This document shows, one piece after another, positions 9,765-18,658 of a DNA stretch of 20,000 nt; positions within the stretch are counted from its first letter, which is position 1, and every line of letters starts with the position of its first letter. This DNA comes from a bacterium (GTDB lineage: Bacteria > CLD3 > SB21). The position numbers and the translations under genes are program-made. Below the pieces are notes generated by a model. It made no database searches. It had not been told where the DNA came from and saw only the letters and a program-made list of their open reading frames with translations. The stretch is taken from the NCBI GenBank assembly GCA_013360215.1, contig JABWCP010000001.1, forward strand, positions 325,225 through 345,224, in the 5' to 3' direction.

Positions 9765-12551
9765 ATGCGCCCCAAAGCATGCGTGCAACTTATAATGTTG
9801 ACTATTCTGGTGTTCCTGAGCGTTCCAGCTTATTCCCAAACTCGTACGGGCATGGTCGGTTTTGTATCGGATGAGGACGGCGGCTTCTATTTACAGGGCG
9901 CGCTTATTACGATAGAAGGAACGGCTTTTCGTGCTGTTAGTGATCGTCAGGGAAAATTCACAATGTCATTGCCCGCCGGCAACTATGTCCTGTTGGCAAG
10001 GTATCTGGGCTACGAAGAAAAGAAAATAGAATTTACCGTCACGGATGGAAGTTTGAAAATACTTGAGGTGAAACTCAAAGGGACTGCCGTGCCGTTTTCA
10101 GAGCAGATCGTAGAAGGTATACGCTTGGGACAAACCAAAGCGTTGAACACTCAAAAGAACAGCGACAACATAAAGAACGTCGTTTCCTCCGACTTAATTC
10201 AGCTATTCCCCGACCCAAACGCGGCCGAAGCGCTCCAGCGATTGCCGGGCCTTTCCATACAACGTGATCAGGGTGAAGGGCGTTATGTTTTGATTCGGGG
10301 AACGGAAGCGCGTCTAAACTCCATGATGATCAACGGTGAGAGGATCCCTTCACCCGAAGCAGAAGTGCGGAGTGTCGCACTGGATGCCATTCCGGCCGAC
10401 GCGATCGCTTCGATCGAAGTCACCAAAGCGTTGACACCGGATATGGACGCAGACGCCATCGGCGGATCTGTCAATCTCATTACAAAGAGCGCATTTGACT
10501 ATGACAAGCCGGTCATATTGGGTACCTTAGGAAGCGGATACAATAATCTCGTTACCGGCGGCGTATATCAGGGTGGTCTCACGTACGGTCGCCGCTTTGG
10601 TCCAGATAATAAATTCGGCCTTCTCCTCAGCGGAAGTTATTACCAAACAAATCGCGGTTCTGATAACAACGAATTCGACTACGACGATGCGGAAATCGGC
10701 GGCGGCGAAGAACAGGAAGTGCTCACCGAATACCAACTGCGCGACTATGTGATAGACCGAAAACGTATCGGAATCAGCGCCACATTAGATTATCGTCTTG
10801 ACGACCTTTCCCATATGTACTTCCGAGGCATTGTCAATGAATATAGCGATCAAGAGTATCGGCGACGCCTCATCTATGCCTTTGACGAAGGCGATTTTGA
10901 CGCTGCGACAGAGACCTCCGCGTCTATTTCGGGCGCCGAAGCGGTTAGAGAACTGAAAGATCGTTTTGAAAAACAATCCATCCGTAGTTTTGCCGTGGGC
11001 GGCAATCAACATTTCAATCTTATGGACGTTGATTACCACCTGTCATACAGTTTTGCGGAAGAAAAAGAACCTCATAGCCGCTACAGTACATTTAAATTCG
11101 AAGACGGCGTTGATTTCACGTACGATCTGAAAGATCATGATTTTCCAAAGATCAACATCACAAACAGTTCAGACATCTACGATCCAACCAAGTTTGAATT
11201 TGAAGAGTTTTCAACAGAAAAATATACGACCCAAGACAAAGACTACACCGGTTCTTTCAATATAAAAATCCCGTTTACGTTTAATGCTAAGTCCGGAATG
11301 TTCAAAAGCGGATTCAAATATCGCGGCAAATCCAAAGACCGTCATGTGGATATCCGCGTATATGACGGTTATTCGAGCGATTTGTATCTAGATGAAGTCC
11401 TTGGAAATTTTGAAGGAAAGGACTTCTTAAATGGAAAATACCGCGTAGGTCGCTTCCAGGACGCTAAAAAAATAAAGACGTTTTTCAACACGAATTCTGC
11501 CGGATTCGAAGAAGATTCGGACAAATCGCACGAAGAAACCGATGCGCAAAACTATGATGCGGAAGAACGCGTTTTGGCCGGATACGCGATGACAACTCTA
11601 AATGCAGGACCATGGTCTCTCTTAGCAGGATTGCGCGCTGAAAAGACCAATATTGACTACCGAGGAAACACCGTCGTATTTGACGAAGACGGTGACTATG
11701 AGTCCACCGTGGCTTCGAATGGAAAATCTGATTATCTCAACATGTTGCCGTCACTGCATGTCAAATATCGCATCGATCAGAATACTAATCTGAGAGCCGC
11801 TTACACCAATTCGATTGCGCGTCCCGACTATTATGATCTTGTTCCGTTTCAGTCCGTTTCCCGTGAAGATGAAGAAATTGCTTCCGGTAATTCGAATCTG
11901 AAGCCTACGGTTTCCAAAAATTTAGACCTCATGGTTGAGCGTTATTTTCAAAGTGTCGGCTTAATCTCCGGCGGATTCTTTTATAAAAAACTCAATGACT
12001 TTATTTATGCCAACGTGAGCGAGGTCTCCGGTGGTGCCTACGACGGTTACGAACAAACCGTTCCGGTAAACGGTAAAGCCGCAACATTGTGGGGCGTTGA
12101 AATGAACTGGCAACAGCAAATGACGTTTCTTCCTTCGTATTGGAGCGGTTTGGGTGTATATTTGAATTACACTTATACGCAGTCCGAGGCAGAATTTCCT
12201 ACGCGCGAAGCCGGTGAAGACAAGGCGACATTGCCCGGACAATCTGAGCATGTAGCAAATTTTGCAATTTCGTATGAACGCGGCGGTTTCAATGGCAGAA
12301 TTTCAGCTAATCTCCACGGAAAATATCTTGATGAAGTTGGCGAAACGAAGGCTGATGACATATTCTATGATCGTCATTTTCAGCTAGACGCATCCGCGAG
12401 CCAGCGATTGACGCACAACTGGACAGCCTATCTTGAATTATTAAACTTGACCAATGCCCCGCTTCGTTATTATCGCGGATCAACGTCCCGTCCTGTACAA
12501 CAGGAATTCTACTCATGGACCGGTAAATTAGGCTTGAAATTCACATTTTAA
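9765..12551 (+). CDS. TonB-dependent receptor with N-terminal carboxypeptidase-regulatory-like domain (phytase-associated type)
   Basis: Signal peptide (…PAYSQ), 'G.V.D...G..L.GA.I.I.GT' N-domain, plug motifs 'PDPNAAEALQRLPG.S..RDQGEGRYV.IRG' and 'IEVTKALTPDMDADAIGGSVNL', barrel 'GNSNLKP', 'NLTN', and a terminal aromatic residue (…LGLKFTF). Confidence 0.95.
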   Translation: MRPKACVQLIMLTILVFLSVPAYSQTRTGMVGFVSDEDGGFYLQGALITIEGTAFRAVSDRQGKFTMSLPAGNYVLLARYLGYEEKKIEFTVTDGSLKILEVKLKGTAVPFSEQIVEGIRLGQTKALNTQKNSDNIKNVVSSDLIQLFPDPNAAEALQRLPGLSIQRDQGEGRYVLIRGTEARLNSMMINGERIPSPEAEVRSVALDAIPADAIASIEVTKALTPDMDADAIGGSVNLITKSAFDYDKPVILGTLGSGYNNLVTGGVYQGGLTYGRRFGPDNKFGLLLSGSYYQTNRGSDNNEFDYDDAEIGGGEEQEVLTEYQLRDYVIDRKRIGISATLDYRLDDLSHMYFRGIVNEYSDQEYRRRLIYAFDEGDFDAATETSASISGAEAVRELKDRFEKQSIRSFAVGGNQHFNLMDVDYHLSYSFAEEKEPHSRYSTFKFEDGVDFTYDLKDHDFPKINITNSSDIYDPTKFEFEEFSTEKYTTQDKDYTGSFNIKIPFTFNAKSGMFKSGFKYRGKSKDRHVDIRVYDGYSSDLYLDEVLGNFEGKDFLNGKYRVGRFQDAKKIKTFFNTNSAGFEEDSDKSHEETDAQNYDAEERVLAGYAMTTLNAGPWSLLAGLRAEKTNIDYRGNTVVFDEDGDYESTVASNGKSDYLNMLPSLHVKYRIDQNTNLRAAYTNSIARPDYYDLVPFQSVSREDEEIASGNSNLKPTVSKNLDLMVERYFQSVGLISGGFFYKKLNDFIYANVSEVSGGAYDGYEQTVPVNGKAATLWGVEMNWQQQMTFLPSYWSGLGVYLNYTYTQSEAEFPTREAGEDKATLPGQSEHVANFAISYERGGFNGRISANLHGKYLDEVGETKADDIFYDRHFQLDASASQRLTHNWTAYLELLNLTNAPLRYYRGSTSRPVQQEFYSWTGKLGLKFTF

Positions 12552-12566
12552 TCGAGATGTAGGGTT

Positions 12567-13628
12567 ATGTTAAAAATAGTTTCAATTATGATGTTCGCCG
12601 TGTTGAGCGCTTGCTCAAAACCGCCCATGGCGCCGGTTTCCAAAGCGGTTCATCGACCGCTCATTTCTGAAACGTTCATGACCGATCGCAATGAAGCCGA
12701 CAACGTGGACGCTCCGGCGATCTGGCATGGCCCTCACGGCGAACACTGGCTCGTTGCCACGGCAAAAAAAACCGATGGTTTGATCATCAGTGACGCGGCG
12801 ACCGGAAAATTTATCAAACGCATCGGGGGCACTGGCGCCGAACCCGGCAAGCTGCGACGCCCCAATAATGCCCTCGTTTTGGACGACATGTTATTTGTAG
12901 TCGAACGCGATAACCACAGGGTGCAGGTTTTTTCATTACCTGAATTCAAAAGCATATTCGTATTTGGAGAGCAGGAATTGAAAAAACCTTACGGCATTTC
13001 GCTTTATAAATCATCGCCGGATAGCATTGTTTGTTATATCACGGATAATTACGAATTGACCAAAGACTCAATACCTCCGCCATCCATGCTGGGACAGCGC
13101 ATCCGGCAGTATCACATAACGATGCGCTCACGAAAACTGTCCGCGACACCCGTACGGGCGTTCGGCGATACGTCGGGAAGCGGCGTTTTGTATACGGTCG
13201 AGTCCATTTACGTCGATCCGGTCTATAATCGCATCCTCATCGCAGACGAGTACGAGAGACAAAATAATATAAAAATATATACGCTAGACGGCACGTTTAC
13301 CGGGCAAGTGATCGGCTATGGCCTGTTTAAAACCCAGCCGGAAGGCATTGCCTTGTGGACGTGCGGCGACAGTGCCGGGTACTGGATCACTACGGATCAG
13401 TCCCACACCGAAAATGTTTTCCATATATTTGACCGCCAATTCCTTCAACCTGTAGCGTCGTTTTGTGCTGTCAATATTCGAAACACGGACGGGGTCGCCC
13501 TTACAACCAGATCATTCGGACCGTTTTCAGCCGGTGCTTTCTACGCCGCGCATGATGACGGAAACATCGGCGCGCTGTCATTAAAGAGCATCCGTGATTC
13601 GACAAGGATACAATTCGAATGCCCCTAA
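12567..13628 (+). CDS. Beta-propeller phytase-like lipoprotein
   Basis: Lipobox 'LSAC'. 'NVDAPAIW', 'ATAK..DGL', 'RPNN', 'PYG..LY', 'PEGIAL', 'DQ' and 'NTDGV' match beta-propeller (3-)phytase blade motifs. It lies directly after a TonB receptor, a known context for this family. Confidence 0.82.
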   Translation: MLKIVSIMMFAVLSACSKPPMAPVSKAVHRPLISETFMTDRNEADNVDAPAIWHGPHGEHWLVATAKKTDGLIISDAATGKFIKRIGGTGAEPGKLRRPNNALVLDDMLFVVERDNHRVQVFSLPEFKSIFVFGEQELKKPYGISLYKSSPDSIVCYITDNYELTKDSIPPPSMLGQRIRQYHITMRSRKLSATPVRAFGDTSGSGVLYTVESIYVDPVYNRILIADEYERQNNIKIYTLDGTFTGQVIGYGLFKTQPEGIALWTCGDSAGYWITTDQSHTENVFHIFDRQFLQPVASFCAVNIRNTDGVALTTRSFGPFSAGAFYAAHDDGNIGALSLKSIRDSTRIQFECP

Positions 13629-14572
13629 TTTCGCACGTACGACACATGATCCTTATATCCGCACTGGTCACGGGCTCTGTGGAATGGGTCGGTTGTTTTA
13701 CAAAGCCATCTCCGGGATTTGATTCGCGCGAAACATTAGAATGCATCGTTCTGGGGGATTGGGGGCGGCAAGGCCAATTTGGGCAACAGGTGACAGCGAA
13801 CCGCATGGCCGAAGTAGCGCATACCATCGGCGCTGATTTCGTTATTTCGACCGGCGACAATTTTTACGATAACGGTGTGACGAGCGTGGATGATTCGCTG
13901 TGGTTCGCTTCATATGAAAATATTTATGCGCACAAGTCGCTGCAAATCCCATGGTATGTGGCGCTTGGCAATCATGACTACCGCGGGAATCCGCAAGCGC
14001 AGATAGAGTACTCTACCCGGAGCCGACGATGGCGCATGCCTTCGCGGTACTTCCATATAGATACCACGATCGGAGGCGCTTCGCTGCGGCTGGTGATATT
14101 GGACACCAATCCTTTTATTCATGAATACTACACCGACAAAAAATATCAATCCGTTTCCGGTCAGGACACGGCGGCGCAGTGGCGTTGGCTTGAAAATACG
14201 CTGGCAACTGCAACAAGTGATTGGACGATTGTGGTCGGGCATCACCCGGTATATTCCGCGGGTACTAAACATGGAAATACATCCGAATTGATTACGCGGC
14301 TTGAACCGATGCTCCAGAAATACCGCGTACCGATATACCTTGCGGGCCACGAACACGATCTGCAACACTTAAGTCATAATCAGATCAATTACTTCATATC
14401 CGGAGCCGGCTCTTCGCTGCGCCCGACCGGCACTTCAAACGAATCCGTTTTTTCTCTATCACAAAACGGTTTTCTACGCCTTTCTATTGCCAAAAAAAGC
14501 ATACGCGCCGCGTTTATAGATGTAAACGGGGCCATCGTCCATGAGGTTAGAATTTCCAACCCTGCTCATTGA
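13619..14572 (+). CDS. Purple acid / tartrate-resistant acid phosphatase type 5-like metallophosphoesterase
   Basis: Complete set of metal-ligand motifs: GDWG, GDNFY, GNHD, VGHHP, GHEH. N-terminal signal with a possible lipobox (WVGC). The start is 13619 or 13646. Confidence 0.92.
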   Translation: MPLISHVRHMILISALVTGSVEWVGCFTKPSPGFDSRETLECIVLGDWGRQGQFGQQVTANRMAEVAHTIGADFVISTGDNFYDNGVTSVDDSLWFASYENIYAHKSLQIPWYVALGNHDYRGNPQAQIEYSTRSRRWRMPSRYFHIDTTIGGASLRLVILDTNPFIHEYYTDKKYQSVSGQDTAAQWRWLENTLATATSDWTIVVGHHPVYSAGTKHGNTSELITRLEPMLQKYRVPIYLAGHEHDLQHLSHNQINYFISGAGSSLRPTGTSNESVFSLSQNGFLRLSIAKKSIRAAFIDVNGAIVHEVRISNPAH

Positions 14573-14666
14573 AGTTATTTCTATCCCTTGCAAAAATTCA
14601 TTCGTTTAACGAGATTGCCTATATGGTTATCCATCTTTTCTTACTCTTACTTGGGGATATTTTCTC

Positions 14667-17522
14667 ATGGCTTTCGATAAAGCGTTTGAATCCGTAAACC
14701 GTCTCGTGCAGGATTTTCGTGCGCAAGAAGCGTATTATCTCGACGCCAAATATCAGGAGCAGGAAGCGCGTAAGGATTTCATTGACAAATTTTGGATCGC
14801 TCTCGGGTGGGATGTCAATCATGAGATTCAAAAAAATCCGTACGAACAGGAAGTGCGCATCGAAAATGCCGTTCGCACCGGTGCTTCGCAGCGGCGCGCC
14901 GATTACGGTTTTTATCTCTCCCCCAATTTCCGCGACCCCAAGTTTTTCGTAGAGGCCAAAAAACCCTCACGCAGCATCGCCAATCCCGATGATTATTTTC
15001 AAGTCAATCGCTACGGATGGAGCCAGCAAACGCCCGTCGCCGTACTCACGGATTTTGAAGAATTGCATATCATTGACTGCCGATTTAAGCCGCATATCGG
15101 CACGGCACTGGATCGTAAGATCAAAGCCTTTCGTTATACCGACTATACCGATGCCGAAAAATTTGCCGAAATCTACTGGTTATTTAGCCGCGAGGCCGTC
15201 GCCACCGGATCACTGGAAAAGTACGCTGCCGCACTACCCCGCCCCAAAGGCAAAGCCGCACAAAAAGGTCTTTTCAAAGCGGGTGTACAGCCTATTGACG
15301 AAGCCTTTCTTGAGGAATTGGACGAATACCGCGTCATCTTGGCCAAAGCCTTCAAAAAATCCAATCCCGATCTTGAAGGCGAAGCGCTCACCGAAGCCGT
15401 GCAACGGACCATAGACCGTCTGGTGTTCATACGATTTCTGGAAGACAAATCCATCGAAGACTATGAAGTGCGACACTACGGCGACAGCGGTCATGCATGG
15501 AAAAAGTTTCTCGCCCACTGTCAACGGCTGGAGCCCAAATACAACGGCCTTGTATTCAAACCGCATCCCGTAATTGACGGCCGTGCGTTTCATGCACCGG
15601 ATGAAGAAGACTTCAAGGCGATTTGCGCCAAACTTTCCGATCCCCATGCCGTGTACGACTTTGATCAGATCCCTATCGCTATTCTCGGTAGTATCTACGA
15701 ACGCTTTCTCGGTAAAGTCGTCCACACGACCGCCAAACGCGCCGTCGTCGAAGAAAAACCTGAAGTGCGCAAAGCCGGCGGCGTGTACTATACGCCGGAG
15801 TATATCGTGCGCTACATCGTACAAAATACCGTAGGCAAACTGATCGAAGGCAAAACGCCGGAAAGCATCGCCAAAATGGCTTTTGCGGACATCGCATGCG
15901 GGTCAGGTTCGTTTTTGATCGAAGTCTATAGCGAACTGCTCGCCTACCACGAAAAATACTATCTGGATCATCCCGAAGCCGCCAAAGCCGGCGATACGCA
16001 GCTGCGCGACGGACGGATCGTACTCTCTCTCAAAAAACGTCAGGAAATTCTCAACAACAATATCTACGGCGTAGATATTGACTTCCAGGCGACAGAGGTC
16101 ACGCAGCTCTCGCTGTATCTGAAACTGCTCGAAGATGCGACGCGCAACGACGCCTATCAGTACGGCATGCTCAAAGAAAAAGTCCTGCCCGATCTCAAAA
16201 AAAACATCGTCTGCGGCAATTCGCTGATCGGCACCGATATACTCGAAGGCGATTTATTTGAACGCACCGAAGAAAAAAAACTTAAACCCATGGACTTTGA
16301 ATCCGCATTTCCCGAAATCATGAAACGCGGCGGATTCGATGCGATTGTTGGAAATCCTCCTTATGGCGCTGTATTTGCTGAAGTCGAAAAAAAATACATT
16401 CAAAACTTATATAAGTCATATAAATACAAATTCGACAGTTATATTTATTTCATTGAGAAGGGCATTACGTTAATTAAACAAGGAGGCTTTTTAGGATACA
16501 TTACGCCTGAGTTATGGCTTCATCTTGAGAATTGTGCTCCATTAAGAAAATTTGTTACAGAAACAATTAGTGTGGATAGAATAAAAATATGCGGTGAAAA
16601 TGTATTTTCTCAAGCTGTAGTAAATACAGTAGTACCTATATTTTCTAAAGTAAGAAAAAGTAAAAAAATACTGATTGAAAGAGAAGAAGATACTTGGGAA
16701 ATTGATTCCGACGGAATTGATTCGAATAATAATTACGTTTTTAATTATCGGTTAAAACCATTAGAAAGCCATCTAATTCTTAAAATAAAAGAAAAGCGCG
16801 CTACTGATTTAGCATCTCTTGGAGACGCAATTCAAGGGATAACGCCCTATGATCGATATGCAGGTCAAGATACAGATATAATTAAAAATCGAGCTTATCA
16901 CTTTAAAACTAAAAAAGATAAGTTTTGCGAGAAATGGATTGATGGGCAAGATGTTTCTCGGTACGCGTTAGGTTGGAGCGGAGAATGGTTAAGATACGGA
17001 AAATGGTTAGCTGCACCCCGCGATCCGAAATTTTTTAACGGTAAACGGTTATTATTTAGAGAGGTTCCAGGACAACAAAAAAGAATTCAAGCTACTCTGG
17101 CGCTTGAGACCCTTTACCATGGACATAGTATTACTCCCTTTAAATTATTTGATGAAACAAAATATGACCACTGTTACATTCTTGGCATAACAAATTCTAA
17201 ATTGCTAAGTTGGTATGGTGGCTTGATTCTACCAAATTTTGGAAAAAATATTTTTCCAAAACTTAACCCACAAGACATCAAAACACTCCCCATCCGCACC
17301 ATCAACTTCTCCGATCCCTCGGACAAATCACGTCATGATCATATCGTGAAATTGGTCGAGCAAATGCTTTCCGCGAAAGAAAAACTCGCTTCGGCCAAGC
17401 TCGAATCTGAGCGCGACCGGCTGGAGATGATGTGTGAAGCGCTGGACCGCCAGATAGACGACGCCGTCTATCAGCTTTACGGCCTGACGGAGGAAGAAAT
17501 CAAGATCGTAGAGGGAAAGTGA
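14667..17522 (+). CDS. Single-chain restriction-modification enzyme (type IIG/IIL, Eco57I-like): nuclease + N6-adenine MTase + TRD
   Basis: N-terminal PD-(D/E)xK nuclease ('RADY...FFVEAKK', 'QVNRY'). MTase motifs 'GVYYTP', motif I 'DIACGSGSF' and motif IV 'GNPPY'. TaqI_C-like TRD ('ILGITNSKL', 'LPIR') and C-terminal 'ID.AVYQLYGLTEEEI'. Confidence 0.92.
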   Translation: MAFDKAFESVNRLVQDFRAQEAYYLDAKYQEQEARKDFIDKFWIALGWDVNHEIQKNPYEQEVRIENAVRTGASQRRADYGFYLSPNFRDPKFFVEAKKPSRSIANPDDYFQVNRYGWSQQTPVAVLTDFEELHIIDCRFKPHIGTALDRKIKAFRYTDYTDAEKFAEIYWLFSREAVATGSLEKYAAALPRPKGKAAQKGLFKAGVQPIDEAFLEELDEYRVILAKAFKKSNPDLEGEALTEAVQRTIDRLVFIRFLEDKSIEDYEVRHYGDSGHAWKKFLAHCQRLEPKYNGLVFKPHPVIDGRAFHAPDEEDFKAICAKLSDPHAVYDFDQIPIAILGSIYERFLGKVVHTTAKRAVVEEKPEVRKAGGVYYTPEYIVRYIVQNTVGKLIEGKTPESIAKMAFADIACGSGSFLIEVYSELLAYHEKYYLDHPEAAKAGDTQLRDGRIVLSLKKRQEILNNNIYGVDIDFQATEVTQLSLYLKLLEDATRNDAYQYGMLKEKVLPDLKKNIVCGNSLIGTDILEGDLFERTEEKKLKPMDFESAFPEIMKRGGFDAIVGNPPYGAVFAEVEKKYIQNLYKSYKYKFDSYIYFIEKGITLIKQGGFLGYITPELWLHLENCAPLRKFVTETISVDRIKICGENVFSQAVVNTVVPIFSKVRKSKKILIEREEDTWEIDSDGIDSNNNYVFNYRLKPLESHLILKIKEKRATDLASLGDAIQGITPYDRYAGQDTDIIKNRAYHFKTKKDKFCEKWIDGQDVSRYALGWSGEWLRYGKWLAAPRDPKFFNGKRLLFREVPGQQKRIQATLALETLYHGHSITPFKLFDETKYDHCYILGITNSKLLSWYGGLILPNFGKNIFPKLNPQDIKTLPIRTINFSDPSDKSRHDHIVKLVEQMLSAKEKLASAKLESERDRLEMMCEALDRQIDDAVYQLYGLTEEEIKIVEGK

Positions 17523-17531
17523 TCGCGTGCC

Positions 17532-18287
17532 ATGGCGTCAGACATGCCAATCAAATATTTTTTGTTTTTGGATGAATCCGGCGATCATGGTTTAGGAAAT
17601 ATTGATTATAGCTTTCCTGTGTTCGTTCTTTGCGGAGTCCTCATATCGGATAACGCCTATCAAAACATGGGCTCTCATATTTTAAAATTGAAAAAATATT
17701 TTTGGAATGATAAAAAAGTCATTTTCCACTCACGTGATATTCGTAAGTGCGAAGGTGAATTCAGTCTCTTTTTTGATCTATCGTTAAAAGAGGAATTTTA
17801 TAGACAGCTCAATGCGATTCTGATGGACAGCGATTATACTGTTATCTCCTCCGCCATTGAAAAAAACAATTTTTTAAAACAATATGGTAAACTGAGTAAT
17901 GACGTATACGAAATCGCGCTTTCGTTTATTGTTGAGCGTGCTGTGTTTTTCCTCGACGCAATACATCAACCGATTAAACTTCATGTTATCATCGAACGCC
18001 GTGGACGTCTCGAAGATAAAAAATTGGAAGAACACTTCCAGCGGCTGTGTGCAAACGGAACCTATTATGTCAACGCAGATAGGCTAAAGCAGTATGGTCT
18101 TGAGATCAGCTTCAAAAATAAGAAAGACGATATCCAAGGATTGCAGGTGGCTGATCTTGTGGCATATCCTACGGCCCGATATGTGATTGATCCAAATAGG
18201 GCAAACCCTGCATTTGACATCATCAAAGAGAAAATATATAAGAATAAGAAGAACAATAAGCTTTTCGGTTTAAAAATATTTCCATAA
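17532..18287 (+). CDS. DUF3800 family protein (predicted RNase H-like fold)
   Basis: N-terminal 'LFLDESGDH', 'FPVFVLCG', 'FHSRDIR', 'IIERRG' and C-terminal 'GLQVADLVAYP..R', the DUF3800 signature. It starts 9 nt after the RM stop. Confidence 0.85.
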   Translation: MASDMPIKYFLFLDESGDHGLGNIDYSFPVFVLCGVLISDNAYQNMGSHILKLKKYFWNDKKVIFHSRDIRKCEGEFSLFFDLSLKEEFYRQLNAILMDSDYTVISSAIEKNNFLKQYGKLSNDVYEIALSFIVERAVFFLDAIHQPIKLHVIIERRGRLEDKKLEEHFQRLCANGTYYVNADRLKQYGLEISFKNKKDDIQGLQVADLVAYPTARYVIDPNRANPAFDIIKEKIYKNKKNNKLFGLKIFP

Positions 18288-18289
18288 GC

Positions 18290-18315
18290 AAAAAGCCCAG
18301 CAAGCTGGGCTTTTT
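18290..18315. terminator. Bidirectional intrinsic terminator
   Basis: AAAAAGCCCAG-CAAG-CTGGGCTTTTT: a perfect inverted repeat with a GC core and a U-run on both strands, starting 2 nt after the DUF3800 stop. Confidence 0.85.
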
Positions 18316-18381
18316 ACCGACCGGGGACACCCCAATCCATTTCAAAGTTTTTCATACCGATCAGGAAAACCCCAATCGATT
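18315..18381. repeat. Tandem imperfect direct repeat, 27 nt x2, 40-nt period
   Basis: TACCGACCGGGGACACCCCAATCCATT (18315-18341) versus TACCGATCAGGAAAACCCCAATCGATT (18355-18381): 22/27 identical, with a 13-nt spacer. Confidence 0.9.
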
Positions 18382-18406
18382 GGAACTGTACTAGTTCATA
18401 CATATC

Positions 18407-18440
18407 AATATAGTGTATGAATTGGAAACAACCAAATGAA
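18407..18440 (-). promoter_or_regulatory. Candidate sigma70-type promoter for the minus-strand RNA
   Basis: Minus strand TTGGTT(18435-30)-N17-TATATT(18412-07), or alternatively TTCATT(18440-35)-N17-TACACT(18417-12). The region is AT-rich, so chance matches are possible. Confidence 0.3.
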
Positions 18441-18658
18441 TTCTATATAAAATTCGGTCAAAATTTGAATGAAAATCATTCAAAATACCTATTACTTTAA
18501 TCATATGATTGAATCGGATGATTTTAAATTAATAAGGTAACCCAAAGAAGAGACTTTGGAAATATACGAATGCGGTATCTACTAATACCTCAGTTAAACA
18601 CTTGAAAATAAAATGTTTGATTCGTGATTGAAAAGCCTTGATTATATCTGTAAAAAAC

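Larger units (their letters stand above)
18290..18400 (-). ncRNA. Candidate DUF3800-associated structured RNA (two tandem hairpins + terminator)
   Basis: Two 27-nt repeats fold well only on the minus strand because of G-U pairs. They lead directly into the terminator, and a candidate promoter sits at 18407-18440. The 5' end is inferred. Confidence 0.6.

Noticed and set aside
14588-14616. Promoter for the RM gene (TTGCAA-N17-GAGATT)
   Set aside because: The -10 match is too weak to support as a feature.
14573-14666. Mobile-element boundary (att site or IS end) at the start of the defence island
   Set aside because: No tRNA, integrase, transposase, terminal inverted repeat or target duplication is visible in the window.
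15234-15824. 196-aa minus-strand ORF and other long alternative-frame ORFs (e.g. 13910-14368, 14989-15414, 5377-5769)
   Set aside because: They lie wholly within well-supported genes and show no recognisable motifs, so they are shadow ORFs from codon bias.
16197-16280. Two A8 tracts in the RM gene as phase-variation switches
   Set aside because: The tracts are short, fall in Lys/Glu codons, and leave the frame intact. Similar A/T runs occur elsewhere (e.g. 2569-2576), and there is no evidence of slippage.
18315-18381. CRISPR mini-array interpretation of the 27-nt repeats
   Set aside because: There are only two imperfect copies, the 13-nt spacer is far too short, and no cas genes are in the window. 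A structured repeat RNA fits better.
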